Below, one piece after another: positions 28,496-38,061 of a stretch of 64,000 nt of DNA; positions within the stretch are counted from its first letter, which is position 1, and each line of letters starts with the position of its first letter. The stretch comes from Syntrophales bacterium (lineage in GTDB: Bacteria > Desulfobacterota > Syntrophia > Syntrophales > Fen-1087), in the NCBI GenBank assembly GCA_034678725.1, contig JAXDBM010000078.1, positions 5,730 through 69,729 of the forward strand, read 5' to 3'. Below the pieces are notes generated by a model, which worked only from the letters and a program-made list of their open reading frames with translations, did no database searches and was not told where the DNA came from. The position numbers and the translations under genes were made by a program.

Positions 28496-30238
28496 CTAAG
28501 CGGCGGATTGCTGCAGGGCGGCATCCCTCATTTTGAGCTGAATGTCGGATGCGCCGTTCCAGTTGTTGATCTGAGGCGTGAAGGCGATGTCCAGCTTCGG
28601 ACCGGACAGGACGGGCAGGAAGTGTCCCTTGCCGAACCAGATGCAGTTGCAGGTAACGCCGTCCCCGTTGACCCGCATGCGCAGATGGTTGTTGCCGACG
28701 ATGGAAGGCGAGCTGACGTTGACGTTCCGGGCACAGAGCACGGGCTCCGGATTCCTGCTGCCGAAAGGAGCCAGGACTTCCATGGCGGACAGAAACTCAT
28801 GATTGATGTCGCTGAGCTCACAGGATGTATCGATCAGCGTCTGCGAGATGAACTCCGATCCCGCCCTTTCGGTCTGTACAACGCCTTCCAGCAGGGACGA
28901 GAAGCGCTCGATGTCCTCCTCCCGAATGGAGATGCCGGCCGCGTAGCGATGGCCCCCGTATGCGATCAGCGCCGAGTCGCATTTTTTCAGGCCCTCATAG
29001 ATGTTGAAATCGGCAACACTCCGCCCGGAGCCTTTGCCGACGCCCTCCCGCAGGCTGATCAGGATCACCGGCCGGCAGTAACGGTCGACCAGTCGGGAGG
29101 CGACGATGCCGATGACGCCGGGATGCCACTTTCCGGAAGCGAAGACAAAAGCGCTTTTTTCCTTCTGGCCGGCGGTCTGATCGATGTTTTCCAGGATTTC
29201 GGCAATGATCACTTTTTCCATCGACTGCCGCTTGCGGTTGCAGTTTTCCAGCCGCTTCGCCAACTCCCGGGCCTCTTCGAGATTTTCCGTGAGCAGAAGC
29301 CGGACGGCGTCCAGGGGAGACCCGATGCGTCCGGCGGCATTGATCCGCGGAATGAGGCAAAACGAGGCTTTGCCGGAATCGATGACCTGATTTTCGATGC
29401 CGCAGATTTCCTTCAGGGCAATCAGGCCGGCCCTCCGGTTTTCGGTCAGCAATTCAAGCCCGATTTTCGTGAAGATCCGGTTTTCGTCGATCAGGGGGGA
29501 GATATCCCCGATCGTTCCCAGCGCGACCAGGTCCAGGTACTCCCTTAGATTGGGGAAATTTCCCTTTTTCCAGAAATCCTCTTTGCGCAGAACCGCCCTC
29601 AGGGCGATCAGAAAATTGAAGGCGATTCCCACTGCGGCCAGGTGTTTGAAGGGGAACCGGCAGTCCGGCCGGGTGGGATTGACGACCGCCGCCGCATCCG
29701 GCAGGGAGCCTGGAACCTCATGGTGATCCAGGATGATGGTGTCGATGCCCAGGGACTTGGCATAGGCAACCGGATCGTGATCGGAAACGCCGCAGTCGAT
29801 GGTGATGATCAGGCGGCTCCCCCCCTGGCGAATCCGGTCGATGGCCTCCCGGTTCAAACCGTATCCTTCGTCGATCCGGTCCGGAATGTAGTACTGCACG
29901 GTGGGATCGAATTGCTTCAGGAACTTGATCAGAACGACGACGGAGGTGATCCCGTCCGCGTCGTAATCCCCGAAAACGGTTATCTTCTCGCGCCGGTAAA
30001 CAGCCTGTAGCGTGCGGTCGACGGCCCTGCGCATGTCCTTCAGCAGGAAGGGACTGTGAAGGTCGTTGAGGGAGGGGGACAGATAACGCCTTGCCTCGTC
30101 GGCATTGAGGATGTTCCGGCTCGTCAGGATGCGGGAAATTATCGGATGAATTCCGAGTTCCCTCGCCAGTCTATCCTGAACATCCCGGCTGACATCCGCA
30201 ATTTTCCACGTTGTGGTGGGTAAGGTCAGTGTGGTCAT
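28496..30238 (-). CDS. recJ: Single-stranded DNA exonuclease RecJ
   Basis: FGDYDADG, YIPDRIDEGYGLN, TIDCG, ILDHH, VNP, LGTIGD, PRINAAGR, GKGSGRS, GGHRYAAG. Alternative TTG start at 30244. Confidence 0.97.
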   Translation of the reverse strand: MTTLTLPTTTWKIADVSRDVQDRLARELGIHPIISRILTSRNILNADEARRYLSPSLNDLHSPFLLKDMRRAVDRTLQAVYRREKITVFGDYDADGITSVVVLIKFLKQFDPTVQYYIPDRIDEGYGLNREAIDRIRQGGSRLIITIDCGVSDHDPVAYAKSLGIDTIILDHHEVPGSLPDAAAVVNPTRPDCRFPFKHLAAVGIAFNFLIALRAVLRKEDFWKKGNFPNLREYLDLVALGTIGDISPLIDENRIFTKIGLELLTENRRAGLIALKEICGIENQVIDSGKASFCLIPRINAAGRIGSPLDAVRLLLTENLEEARELAKRLENCNRKRQSMEKVIIAEILENIDQTAGQKEKSAFVFASGKWHPGVIGIVASRLVDRYCRPVILISLREGVGKGSGRSVADFNIYEGLKKCDSALIAYGGHRYAAGISIREEDIERFSSLLEGVVQTERAGSEFISQTLIDTSCELSDINHEFLSAMEVLAPFGSRNPEPVLCARNVNVSSPSIVGNNHLRMRVNGDGVTCNCIWFGKGHFLPVLSGPKLDIAFTPQINNWNGASDIQLKMRDAALQQSAA

Positions 30239-30512
30239 TTTCAATGGTCCGCGTGGCGACCGGCGTGAAATTTGTGGTGTTATCTTGCAAATATAACCTC
30301 TCCTGTCAAGAGGAGATTTGGCATTCCGCCCGCACCCGGTTTTACTTGATCTTCAAAATATTCGGTGCTACAAAAATCGTCAATGGAATGCGGGGCTTCA
30401 GATGACGGATGGCGGGGTAATGGGACGTTTTTCTCCTTCTTCCCGTCCTGACAGCAGCCTCGAGAAAAACGCAGCAAACCGGGCCGGGCAGGAGAAAGGT
30501 TAAATCCCCCTT

Positions 30513-31304
30513 ATGCTGATGCTGACCCACACCTGGATTCTGAAAGAGTTTCTCGGCTCCCGGGCGCTGCGCCCGGAATGTCTCGATCTGTATGCCTACA
30601 ATGTCTCCCCGGATCTCCTCACGTTTCACCAGGCCATCACGGCGGAGATGACCCACGGCATCGACCGGTTCCGCGAGCTTCCCGATCCGCATCGCAAGGC
30701 CGCCTTCGTCCATTTCCATCTGCTGGTCGACGACATCGCCCATTACGGGGACATCTGCGAGCAGCCGGTCAGGACCTTCAACCCCGATTCAAGGGGATAC
30801 ACTTACGTCTGCGGCAGATCCCTGGTGCAGCCGATCCGGGCGTTTCAGAAGCGTTTCGGTCGGGAGGTCAGCCGGTCCGAGGCCGCCTATCAGTCCCACA
30901 TCATGATCGAGACGGCCTTTGACATGGTTTTGAACCGGAACCGGGAAAATTCGGGACTGATTTCGCTGTTTACCGAATCCCTGGGGAGCATGGCACAAAA
31001 CGGGCTGGAAGAATTCGGCCGGACGATCGCGTGGCTGACGGACATTCAGGTTGAGACGGCCGGCGAGGCGTTCGCGCTCGGCGTGAACATCTGCACGCCC
31101 GAACGTATGAACGGCTTGATGAACATGAAAGGCCGGATCAACCTCTTCATCGACAAATTCGGCCTCGACCGGAACGATCCGGCGGTGCGGGCGGGAGCCG
31201 TCGAACTGATGGAACAGGGGATGGAGCTGGTTCAGGACTGTGAAGCGTTTCTTGAACCAACGATGGAAAAAATCCGAAAATCCGCTTTCCGCAGCTTCCT
31301 ATAG
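30513..31304 (+). CDS. Hypothetical protein resembling the zinc-dependent phospholipase C/S1-P1 fold
   Basis: N-terminal [19 protein letters not shown] and HIMIE patterns resemble Zn_dep_PLPC metal ligands; the family call is by eye only. Confidence 0.55.
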   Translation: MLMLTHTWILKEFLGSRALRPECLDLYAYNVSPDLLTFHQAITAEMTHGIDRFRELPDPHRKAAFVHFHLLVDDIAHYGDICEQPVRTFNPDSRGYTYVCGRSLVQPIRAFQKRFGREVSRSEAAYQSHIMIETAFDMVLNRNRENSGLISLFTESLGSMAQNGLEEFGRTIAWLTDIQVETAGEAFALGVNICTPERMNGLMNMKGRINLFIDKFGLDRNDPAVRAGAVELMEQGMELVQDCEAFLEPTMEKIRKSAFRSFL

Positions 31305-31496
31305 GGCTTTTTTCACGAAACCGGAACGGATGCAGCGGGTGCAGACCTTGACCCGCTTCACCGACTTGGTTTTCTCATCCACGCAGCGCAGGCTCTGAAG
31401 ATTGGGGTACCACACCTTCTTGGTCTTGTTGTTGGCATGGCTGACATTGTGACCGACAACGGGCTTTTTGCCGCATACCTCGCAGATTCTGGACAT
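31299..31496 (-). CDS. rpmB: 50S ribosomal protein L28 (Zn-ribbon, C+ form)
   Basis: [10 protein letters not shown]...[20 protein letters not shown]...VCTRCIRSG. Confidence 0.97.
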   Translation of the reverse strand: MSRICEVCGKKPVVGHNVSHANNKTKKVWYPNLQSLRCVDEKTKSVKRVKVCTRCIRSGFVKKAL

Positions 31497-31557
31497 GATC
31501 GAACTCCTTGAAAAATGAATGGGCTGGCTTCTAAACCATCGGGACCCAATTTGCAAG

Positions 31558-32880
31558 CTATTTTTTCGTGTCGTTTTTCATCAGGGGCGGCTGACCCGTC
31601 GATTCGAGAACGCGCATCCAGACATTTCCCTCCGCATTGACCTTGGCCCCGGAGGCCACCATCTTCAGGGGAAGGTGGACGTATTCGTCCTTCATGAGCC
31701 CCACGAGCATCCCCGTCTTTCCGGCCATTCCGGCATGAACGGCATACTGGCCCAGCGCGCCGCAGTAGATGCTGTCGCTGGCGTTGGCCGGAACGCTGCG
31801 GATCATGTAGCTCGGGTCGATGTATTTCAGGTTGACTTCGAGGTCTTTCCGGTGGAAATGATCCTCGATCCGCGTTTTCAGAAAATGCCCGATGTCCAGG
31901 AGCCTGAGATTGCCCGATGCGTCCGTTTCCAGCGGCCCGTCGGCGCGGTGCATCAGCTCCTGTCCGGCCCCTTCCGCAACGAGGATCACGGCGTGCCGCC
32001 TGCTGAGAAGCCGGTCCTCCAGGACTCTGAGAAACCCCCTCTCCCCATCCAGTTCGAAGGGGACCTCGGGAATCAGGACAAAGTTGACATCGCTCATGGC
32101 CAGCGCGGCGCCTGTCGCGATATGCCCGGACTGGCGCCCCATGATCTTCACCAGACCGATCCCCATCGGTACGCCCTTTGCCTCCACATGGGCGCATCGA
32201 ATGGCCTTTACCGCCTCGGAGATTGCCGTGTCGTAGCCGAAGGTCTTCTGGATCAGATTCAGGTCGTTGTCGATGGTCTTCGGAATGCCGATGACGGCGA
32301 TGTTCAATTTTCTGCGGGTCACCTCATCGGTGATGCATTCCGCGGCGCGCATCGTGCCGTCTCCCCCGATGCAGAACAGGATGTCGATGTTCATCCGTTT
32401 GAGGGCATTGACCATTTCGCCGATGTCCTGCCGGCCCCGGGACGAGGAAAGGATGCTTCCCCCCACGGCATGGATGTCCTTGACGATTTCCGGCGACAAT
32501 TCCATGACATCATGCCGGTATCGGGGGATCAGGCCCTGAAAGCCGTACTTGATCCCGAGGATGTTGTCCACGCCGTAGCGGTGGTAAAGTTCCATGACCA
32601 CGGCCCGGATCACGTCGTTGATGCCGGGGCACAGGCCGCCGCAGGTCACAACAGCCGCCTTGGTCTTTGCCGGATCGAAAAAGATCTTCTGCCGCGGGCC
32701 GGCCACCTCCACGGAAAGGGGCGCCCCGTCCGCCGTCTTCAGATCGGCATAGCGCTGGATTTCGATGTTGAAGAGGATGCGCTTGCTTTCGCTGGTGAAG
32801 TACTGGACATTCAGCGGGGAATCGATGGTGCCTTCGCCCAGCGTCTGGACGGTGAAATCATACGGGCTGTCCTGTCTCAT
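31558..32880 (-). CDS. pfkA: 6-phosphofructokinase, group X type (likely ATP-dependent)
   Basis: [47 protein letters not shown]. Confidence 0.92.
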   Translation of the reverse strand: MRQDSPYDFTVQTLGEGTIDSPLNVQYFTSESKRILFNIEIQRYADLKTADGAPLSVEVAGPRQKIFFDPAKTKAAVVTCGGLCPGINDVIRAVVMELYHRYGVDNILGIKYGFQGLIPRYRHDVMELSPEIVKDIHAVGGSILSSSRGRQDIGEMVNALKRMNIDILFCIGGDGTMRAAECITDEVTRRKLNIAVIGIPKTIDNDLNLIQKTFGYDTAISEAVKAIRCAHVEAKGVPMGIGLVKIMGRQSGHIATGAALAMSDVNFVLIPEVPFELDGERGFLRVLEDRLLSRRHAVILVAEGAGQELMHRADGPLETDASGNLRLLDIGHFLKTRIEDHFHRKDLEVNLKYIDPSYMIRSVPANASDSIYCGALGQYAVHAGMAGKTGMLVGLMKDEYVHLPLKMVASGAKVNAEGNVWMRVLESTGQPPLMKNDTKK

Positions 32881-32932
32881 GATCATCCTCCTTCAAGAGG
32901 GGCGCCGTGTTCCGGAGATGCGCGGTGTATCG

Positions 32933-33598
32933 CTAAAAACCGGTCAGGGGGGGATTGTGGGTCGCGATCTCCGGCATCACCGGTCCGCCCTTAAGGGTGA
33001 CCTTCCGGCCGCTGACCTGGATTCTGCCTTCCGCGTAGAGCTGAATGGCCTGGGGATAAATCCGGTGTTCCTCCTTCAGGATCCGGGCCGCCAGCGTATC
33101 CGCCGTGTCGGCGTCCAGAACGGGCACGACCGCCTGAATGATGACGGGTCCCGTGTCGACGCCCTCATCGGCGAAATGCACCGTGCACCCGGAAAATTTC
33201 ACACCGTAGTCGACGGCCTTCTGCTGGACGTGCGTTCCGGGGAAAGCGGGAAGCAGGGCCGGGTGGATGTTCATGATCTTCATGGCAAATGCGTTCAGGA
33301 ACAGGGGCGTCAACAGCCTCATGAAACCGGCCATCACCACCAGTTCCACACCGTGAAACTGAAGCACGCTGATCATCTGCCGGTCGAAGTCCTCACGCTT
33401 CCGGAATTCCTGATGGCGGATGACGACCGCCGGAATGTGATGCCTCCTGCAGCGTTCGAGGGCATAGGCCTCGGGATTGTTGCTGATGACGACCTTGATC
33501 TCCGCGGTGAGGGTCCCCCGCTCGATATTGTCGATGATGGACTGGAGATTCGACCCGCTTCCCGATACCAGTATGCCGATGCCCAACCTGGATTTCAT
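32933..33598 (-). CDS. purN: Phosphoribosylglycinamide formyltransferase
   Basis: SGSGSNLQ, AGFMRLL, NIHPALLPAFPG, GCTVHF, DTGPVI, EHRIYP. Confidence 0.97.
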   Translation of the reverse strand: MKSRLGIGILVSGSGSNLQSIIDNIERGTLTAEIKVVISNNPEAYALERCRRHHIPAVVIRHQEFRKREDFDRQMISVLQFHGVELVVMAGFMRLLTPLFLNAFAMKIMNIHPALLPAFPGTHVQQKAVDYGVKFSGCTVHFADEGVDTGPVIIQAVVPVLDADTADTLAARILKEEHRIYPQAIQLYAEGRIQVSGRKVTLKGGPVMPEIATHNPPLTGF

Positions 33599-33601
33599 AG
33601 G

Positions 33602-34645
33602 CTAAACGAGGACGATCCGCGGCTGTTCGGGGCTTCTTTTCTCGATCGCGCCCAGCAGGTATGGTTTTTCACCGAGCATGGCCAGCCTCTCCATGGCATC
33701 GGCGGCCTCCTTGTCCGGCACGATGACGATCATCCCGATCCCCATGTTGAAGACCCTGAACATCTCTTCTTCCTCGACATTTCCCATCTCTTGGATGACC
33801 CTGAAGATCGGCGGGACGGGCCATTGCTTCCTTCCGATGACCGCGGCGCAGGGTGAAGGGACGATGCGGGGGATGTTGTCGATGAATCCCCCGCCCGTAA
33901 TGTGGACCAGGCCCTTGACGTTGAAATTTTTCAGGAGATTCAGCAGCGACTTGACATAGATCTTCGTGGGCTTGAGGAGTTCCTCACCGACCGGCCCCTC
34001 CAGACCGGAAACAGAATCCCCGGCACGGAGTCCGCCCTTTTCGAAAAGGACATTTCTCGCCAGGGAAAATCCATTGCTGTGAACACCGCTGGAGGCCAGG
34101 CCGATGATGCGGTCTCCGACGCGTATCGCGGAGCCGTCGATCAGCCTTTCCTGCTCCACAATCCCGACGCAGAAGCCGGCCAGATCGTATTCATCGTCCG
34201 CATAGAAACCGGGCATTTCCGCCGTTTCCCCTCCGATCAGCGCGCATCCCGCCTCCCGGCACCCCCGGGCAATGCCTTCCACGATCTTTACGGACTTTTC
34301 CACACCGATCCTTCCGGTGGCGATATAGTCGAGAAAAAACAGCGGTTCGGCGCCTTGAACGATGACATCGTTGACCGACATCGCCACCAGGTCGATCCCC
34401 ACAGTGTCGTGCCGGTCCATCATCTGGGCGATTTTGAGCTTCGTCCCCACGCCGTCCGTTGAAGACACCAGGACCGGATTCCTGTATCTCTCCATATCCA
34501 GCCTGAAAAGCGCGCCGAAGCCGCCGATGCCGCTCATGACCTCCTTGCGGGTCGTCATTTTCACGAGGGGCTTGATCTTTTCGACGAAGAGATTCGCCTT
34601 GTCGATATCGACGCCGGCGTTTTTATAGGAAGCAGGTTCGTTCAT
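33602..34645 (-). CDS. purM: Phosphoribosylaminoimidazole (AIR) synthetase
   Basis: YKNAGVDI, GGFGALF, TDGVGTKL, GGETAEMPG, SSGVHSNG, HITGGG, FNMGIG. Start at MNEP (34645). Confidence 0.97.
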   Translation of the reverse strand: MNEPASYKNAGVDIDKANLFVEKIKPLVKMTTRKEVMSGIGGFGALFRLDMERYRNPVLVSSTDGVGTKLKIAQMMDRHDTVGIDLVAMSVNDVIVQGAEPLFFLDYIATGRIGVEKSVKIVEGIARGCREAGCALIGGETAEMPGFYADDEYDLAGFCVGIVEQERLIDGSAIRVGDRIIGLASSGVHSNGFSLARNVLFEKGGLRAGDSVSGLEGPVGEELLKPTKIYVKSLLNLLKNFNVKGLVHITGGGFIDNIPRIVPSPCAAVIGRKQWPVPPIFRVIQEMGNVEEEEMFRVFNMGIGMIVIVPDKEAADAMERLAMLGEKPYLLGAIEKRSPEQPRIVLV

Positions 34646-34812
34646 GGCCACTCCGAAGATCATGCGGTAATCGGTGCGACGATCGAGCACCGAATCTGCG
34701 TAACGCAGACCGGTGAAAATGTCAAATCTTTCCTTGCGAAAAGACTGGATCTCTGGTAGTTTGAAATGAGCTTTGTCTTCGTAATCATTGTGTTTATGTT
34801 TTAGAGGCCTTT

Positions 34813-37284
34813 TTGGAACGCATTCGAGACCTCCTTGCAAAAATTGAACAGCCGCTCCGCTTCTCGTCCCGGGATGATTTCAGACACCTGTCTCTCGTCC
34901 GGGATCTCGAGGGGACGGTTCTCACGCTCCTGGGCAGACTGGCCGATCATGTCGGCGTGTCCTCCATCGATGCCGGGATATCCCGCTCCGTCGCGCAGAT
35001 CACCGGAAACCTGCAAGAACTCTTTACGAATTTCGACGCCCTTGCCCTCGCGGAAAAAAAAGAGGTCATTCAAATATCGATCTCTTCGCTCAGCGAACTC
35101 AGATCCCTGACTTGTTCCGAACAGGCCCGCGAAGCGGAGGCTGATCGTCCCAAGGGTGCGCTTCATGAGAACCTGGAGAAATCTTTCGCCAAATTGGGCC
35201 TGAGCATCCAGTTCATCAAAGGGGTCGGTCCGAAAATCGCGGAGCTGTTCGCCAGAAAGAACATTCGCACTGTGGAGGACATGCTTTATTTCCTGCCGCG
35301 GCGCTACGAAGACCGGCGGTCCGTAAGAAAAATCGGGCAGGCCCGCTACGGGATTCGGGAGACGGTTGTCGGCAGCGTCGCCCGCGCCGAGCTTCGGCAT
35401 TACCGGACCCGCAGGGTCTTCGAAGTGACGGTTGAGGATGAGACTGGATCGATCACCGCCAAATGGTTCATGGGAAATCCGTCCTATCTGAAGAACATCT
35501 TCAAGAAGGGTGCTCTCGTCATCCTGACGGGTGATGTGCGGTCTTTTCGGCAGGGGCGGGAGATGATTCATCCCGACTATGAAATCCTCGACGAACAGGA
35601 GGATGACCGTCTGCTCCATTTCAAGCGGATCGTCCCCATCTATTCAGAGACGGAGGGGCTGCACCAGAAAACCATCCGGCGGATCGTGATGCGGGTCCTC
35701 GAAGATTACACCCGCCACATCTCGAGCCCCATTCCCGAGGCCATTCTCGCCAAGCGTCGTCTGATCCACATTCACGACGCCCTTCGAAGCGCCCATTTCC
35801 CGGAAGCGGATGCGGATGTCCAGGCCTGCAACGAGATCCGTTCCGAGGCGCACCGCCGCCTCATCTACGACGAATTCTTCTTCCTGCAACTGGGGATGGC
35901 CCTGAAAAGGAGGGGGCATCTGCTGGGCAGCGGAATCGCCTTCCGGACCGGCGGCCCGCTTCTGCTGCGTTTCTATACTCTGCTGCCCTTCAGCCTGACC
36001 GACGCCCAAAAGCGCGTCATTGGTGAAATCGAAGCCGACATGTCCCGGCCCATCATGATGAACCGCCTCCTTCAGGGGGATGTGGGGTCCGGGAAAACGG
36101 TCGTCTCCATGGCCGCCATGGTCACCGCCTGCGACAACGGCTTTCAGGCCGCGATCATGGCCCCCACGGAAATCCTGGCGGAACAGCACTACCGAAACAT
36201 CGGGGCCTGGTGCGGGCAACTGGGGCTCAATGCGGCGCTGCTGACGGGCAGCAGGAAGAAGGCCGAGCGGAGGAGCATTTGCGAGGGCATCGCTTGCGGC
36301 GACACCGGGATCGTCATCGGCACCCACGCCCTGATTCAGGAAGAGGTCATTTTCCGGAACCTGGGGCTCGTTATCGTCGACGAACAGCACCGGTTCGGCG
36401 TCATCCAGCGGGCCGCGCTGCGGGCCAAGGGGATGCATCCCGATGTCCTGGTCATGACCGCGACACCCATTCCCCGCACGCTGGCCATGACGGTCTACGG
36501 CGACCTCGACATCTCCGTCATCGACGAGCTGCCCCCGCAGAAAAAGCCGGTGAAGACCAAGATCTTCTACGAATCGCAGCGCCCGCAGGTCTACGAGACG
36601 ATCCGCAAGGAACTGAAAAAGAACAATCAGGTGTTCATCGTGTACCCGCTCGTCGAGGAATCGGAGGCTCTGGACCTGAAGGACGCCAGCCGCATGGCGG
36701 AGCACCTGCAAAAGGACATCTTCCCGGATCGCCGGGTGGGCCTGATCCACGGCCGCCAGAATGCAAAGGAAAAGGACGGGATCATGTCCGCGTTTCTGGA
36801 GAACCGCATCGACATCCTCGTTTCCACCACCGTGATCGAGGTGGGAATCGACATTCCGCAGGCCTCGCTCATGGTTATCGAGCACGCCGAGAGGTTCGGA
36901 CTCTCTCAGCTTCACCAGCTCCGGGGGCGCGTCGGCCGGAGCGACATCCCCTCCTACTGCATCCTGCTGGCGCAGCACCGGGGGTCGGAAGACGCGAGGA
37001 GGCGCCTCCGGGTCATGGAGCAGACCACGGACGGCTTCCGGATCGCCGAAGAGGACCTCGCGATCCGCGGTCCCGGCGAGTTTATCGGCGTCCGACAGTC
37101 GGGACTTCCCGACTTCCGGGTGGCCAATATCGTCCGCGACGGATTGATCCTGAACGAGGCCAAAACGGACGCCTTTGCCCTGACGGAAAAAGACCCCTTT
37201 CTGGAAAAGCCCGAACACGCCGCCCTCAAGGCCGTGCTGCTTCACAAGTGGCAGGGCAGGCTCGAGCTGGCGAAGACCGGGTAG
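34813..37284 (+). CDS. recG: ATP-dependent DNA helicase RecG with an N-terminal extension
   Basis: KGVGPK, LPRRYEDR, QGDVGSGKT, PTEILAEQH, DEQHRFG, MTATPIPRT, QLRGRVGR, DLAIRGPGE. TTG start with AGAGG RBS. Confidence 0.96.
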   Translation: MERIRDLLAKIEQPLRFSSRDDFRHLSLVRDLEGTVLTLLGRLADHVGVSSIDAGISRSVAQITGNLQELFTNFDALALAEKKEVIQISISSLSELRSLTCSEQAREAEADRPKGALHENLEKSFAKLGLSIQFIKGVGPKIAELFARKNIRTVEDMLYFLPRRYEDRRSVRKIGQARYGIRETVVGSVARAELRHYRTRRVFEVTVEDETGSITAKWFMGNPSYLKNIFKKGALVILTGDVRSFRQGREMIHPDYEILDEQEDDRLLHFKRIVPIYSETEGLHQKTIRRIVMRVLEDYTRHISSPIPEAILAKRRLIHIHDALRSAHFPEADADVQACNEIRSEAHRRLIYDEFFFLQLGMALKRRGHLLGSGIAFRTGGPLLLRFYTLLPFSLTDAQKRVIGEIEADMSRPIMMNRLLQGDVGSGKTVVSMAAMVTACDNGFQAAIMAPTEILAEQHYRNIGAWCGQLGLNAALLTGSRKKAERRSICEGIACGDTGIVIGTHALIQEEVIFRNLGLVIVDEQHRFGVIQRAALRAKGMHPDVLVMTATPIPRTLAMTVYGDLDISVIDELPPQKKPVKTKIFYESQRPQVYETIRKELKKNNQVFIVYPLVEESEALDLKDASRMAEHLQKDIFPDRRVGLIHGRQNAKEKDGIMSAFLENRIDILVSTTVIEVGIDIPQASLMVIEHAERFGLSQLHQLRGRVGRSDIPSYCILLAQHRGSEDARRRLRVMEQTTDGFRIAEEDLAIRGPGEFIGVRQSGLPDFRVANIVRDGLILNEAKTDAFALTEKDPFLEKPEHAALKAVLLHKWQGRLELAKTG

Positions 37285-37449
37285 CGCGAACGTGAAGCCA
37301 GATCCTTTGCCGTTGTCTAATCCTTGAAATCTCGAAATTTGCGCTTGATATTTCAGGGAAGATGTTTGATGGCGGTAGACACGGCAGGAGGGCTTCGACT
37401 GACAACGGAGATCGATTGAAGGTAATGATGCGCAGCTGAAAATACCGGT

Positions 37450-38061
37450 ATGAACAGAATCCTCATCCTTTTCGCCCATCCCCGCTTTGAAAAGTCCCAG
37501 GCCAGCCGCGCGCTGCTCAAGGATGTCGGGCAGTTGCCCGAGGTCACGCTGAACGACCTGTACGAAAAGTACGCCGACTTCAACATCGACATCGATGCGG
37601 AAAAGGCGCTGATGGCAGCCCATGAAATCATCGTCTGGCACCACCCTTTCTACATGTACGGGGCGCCGGCGCTGCTCAAGCAGTGGATCGACCTGGTCCT
37701 CGAACACGGCTGGGCCCACGGCAGGGGAGGGGAGGCCCTGAAAGGCAGGATCATCTTCACGGCGCTCACATCCGGCGGCACACGGGAGGCCTATGGGGCG
37801 AACGGATACAACCGTTTCACCCTTGCCGAATTCCTCCGCCCCTTCGAGCAGACGGCCGTGCGCTGCAAAATGGTCTACCTGCCGCCCTTCGCGGTGCAGG
37901 GCACGCACCTGCTGACGGATGATGAACTGGCGCGTCATGCCGCGCATTACCGCATGCTGATGGAGCGGCTGATTCGGGGAGACTTCCGTGTCGAAGACAT
38001 GATGCGGTTTCCCTTTCTGAATGATTGGCTCGTTCATGAGACAGGGGCAAATAAAACATGA
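37450..38061 (+). CDS. kefF: KefF/KefG-type flavodoxin-fold ancillary protein
   Basis: FAHP, DLYEKY, HPFYMYGAPALLKQWID, TSGG, PFEQT; directly upstream of kefC. Confidence 0.88.
   Translation: MNRILILFAHPRFEKSQASRALLKDVGQLPEVTLNDLYEKYADFNIDIDAEKALMAAHEIIVWHHPFYMYGAPALLKQWIDLVLEHGWAHGRGGEALKGRIIFTALTSGGTREAYGANGYNRFTLAEFLRPFEQTAVRCKMVYLPPFAVQGTHLLTDDELARHAAHYRMLMERLIRGDFRVEDMMRFPFLNDWLVHETGANKT

Noticed and set aside
30268-30320. GTTAT-N9-ATAAC and CTCCT/AGGAG short palindromes between recJ and the hypothetical gene
   Set aside because: 5-bp arms are expected by chance; no other support.
34646-34840. 65-aa N-terminal extension of PurM in the ORF track
   Set aside because: No homology and it overlaps the divergent recG start region; PurM begins at MNEP.
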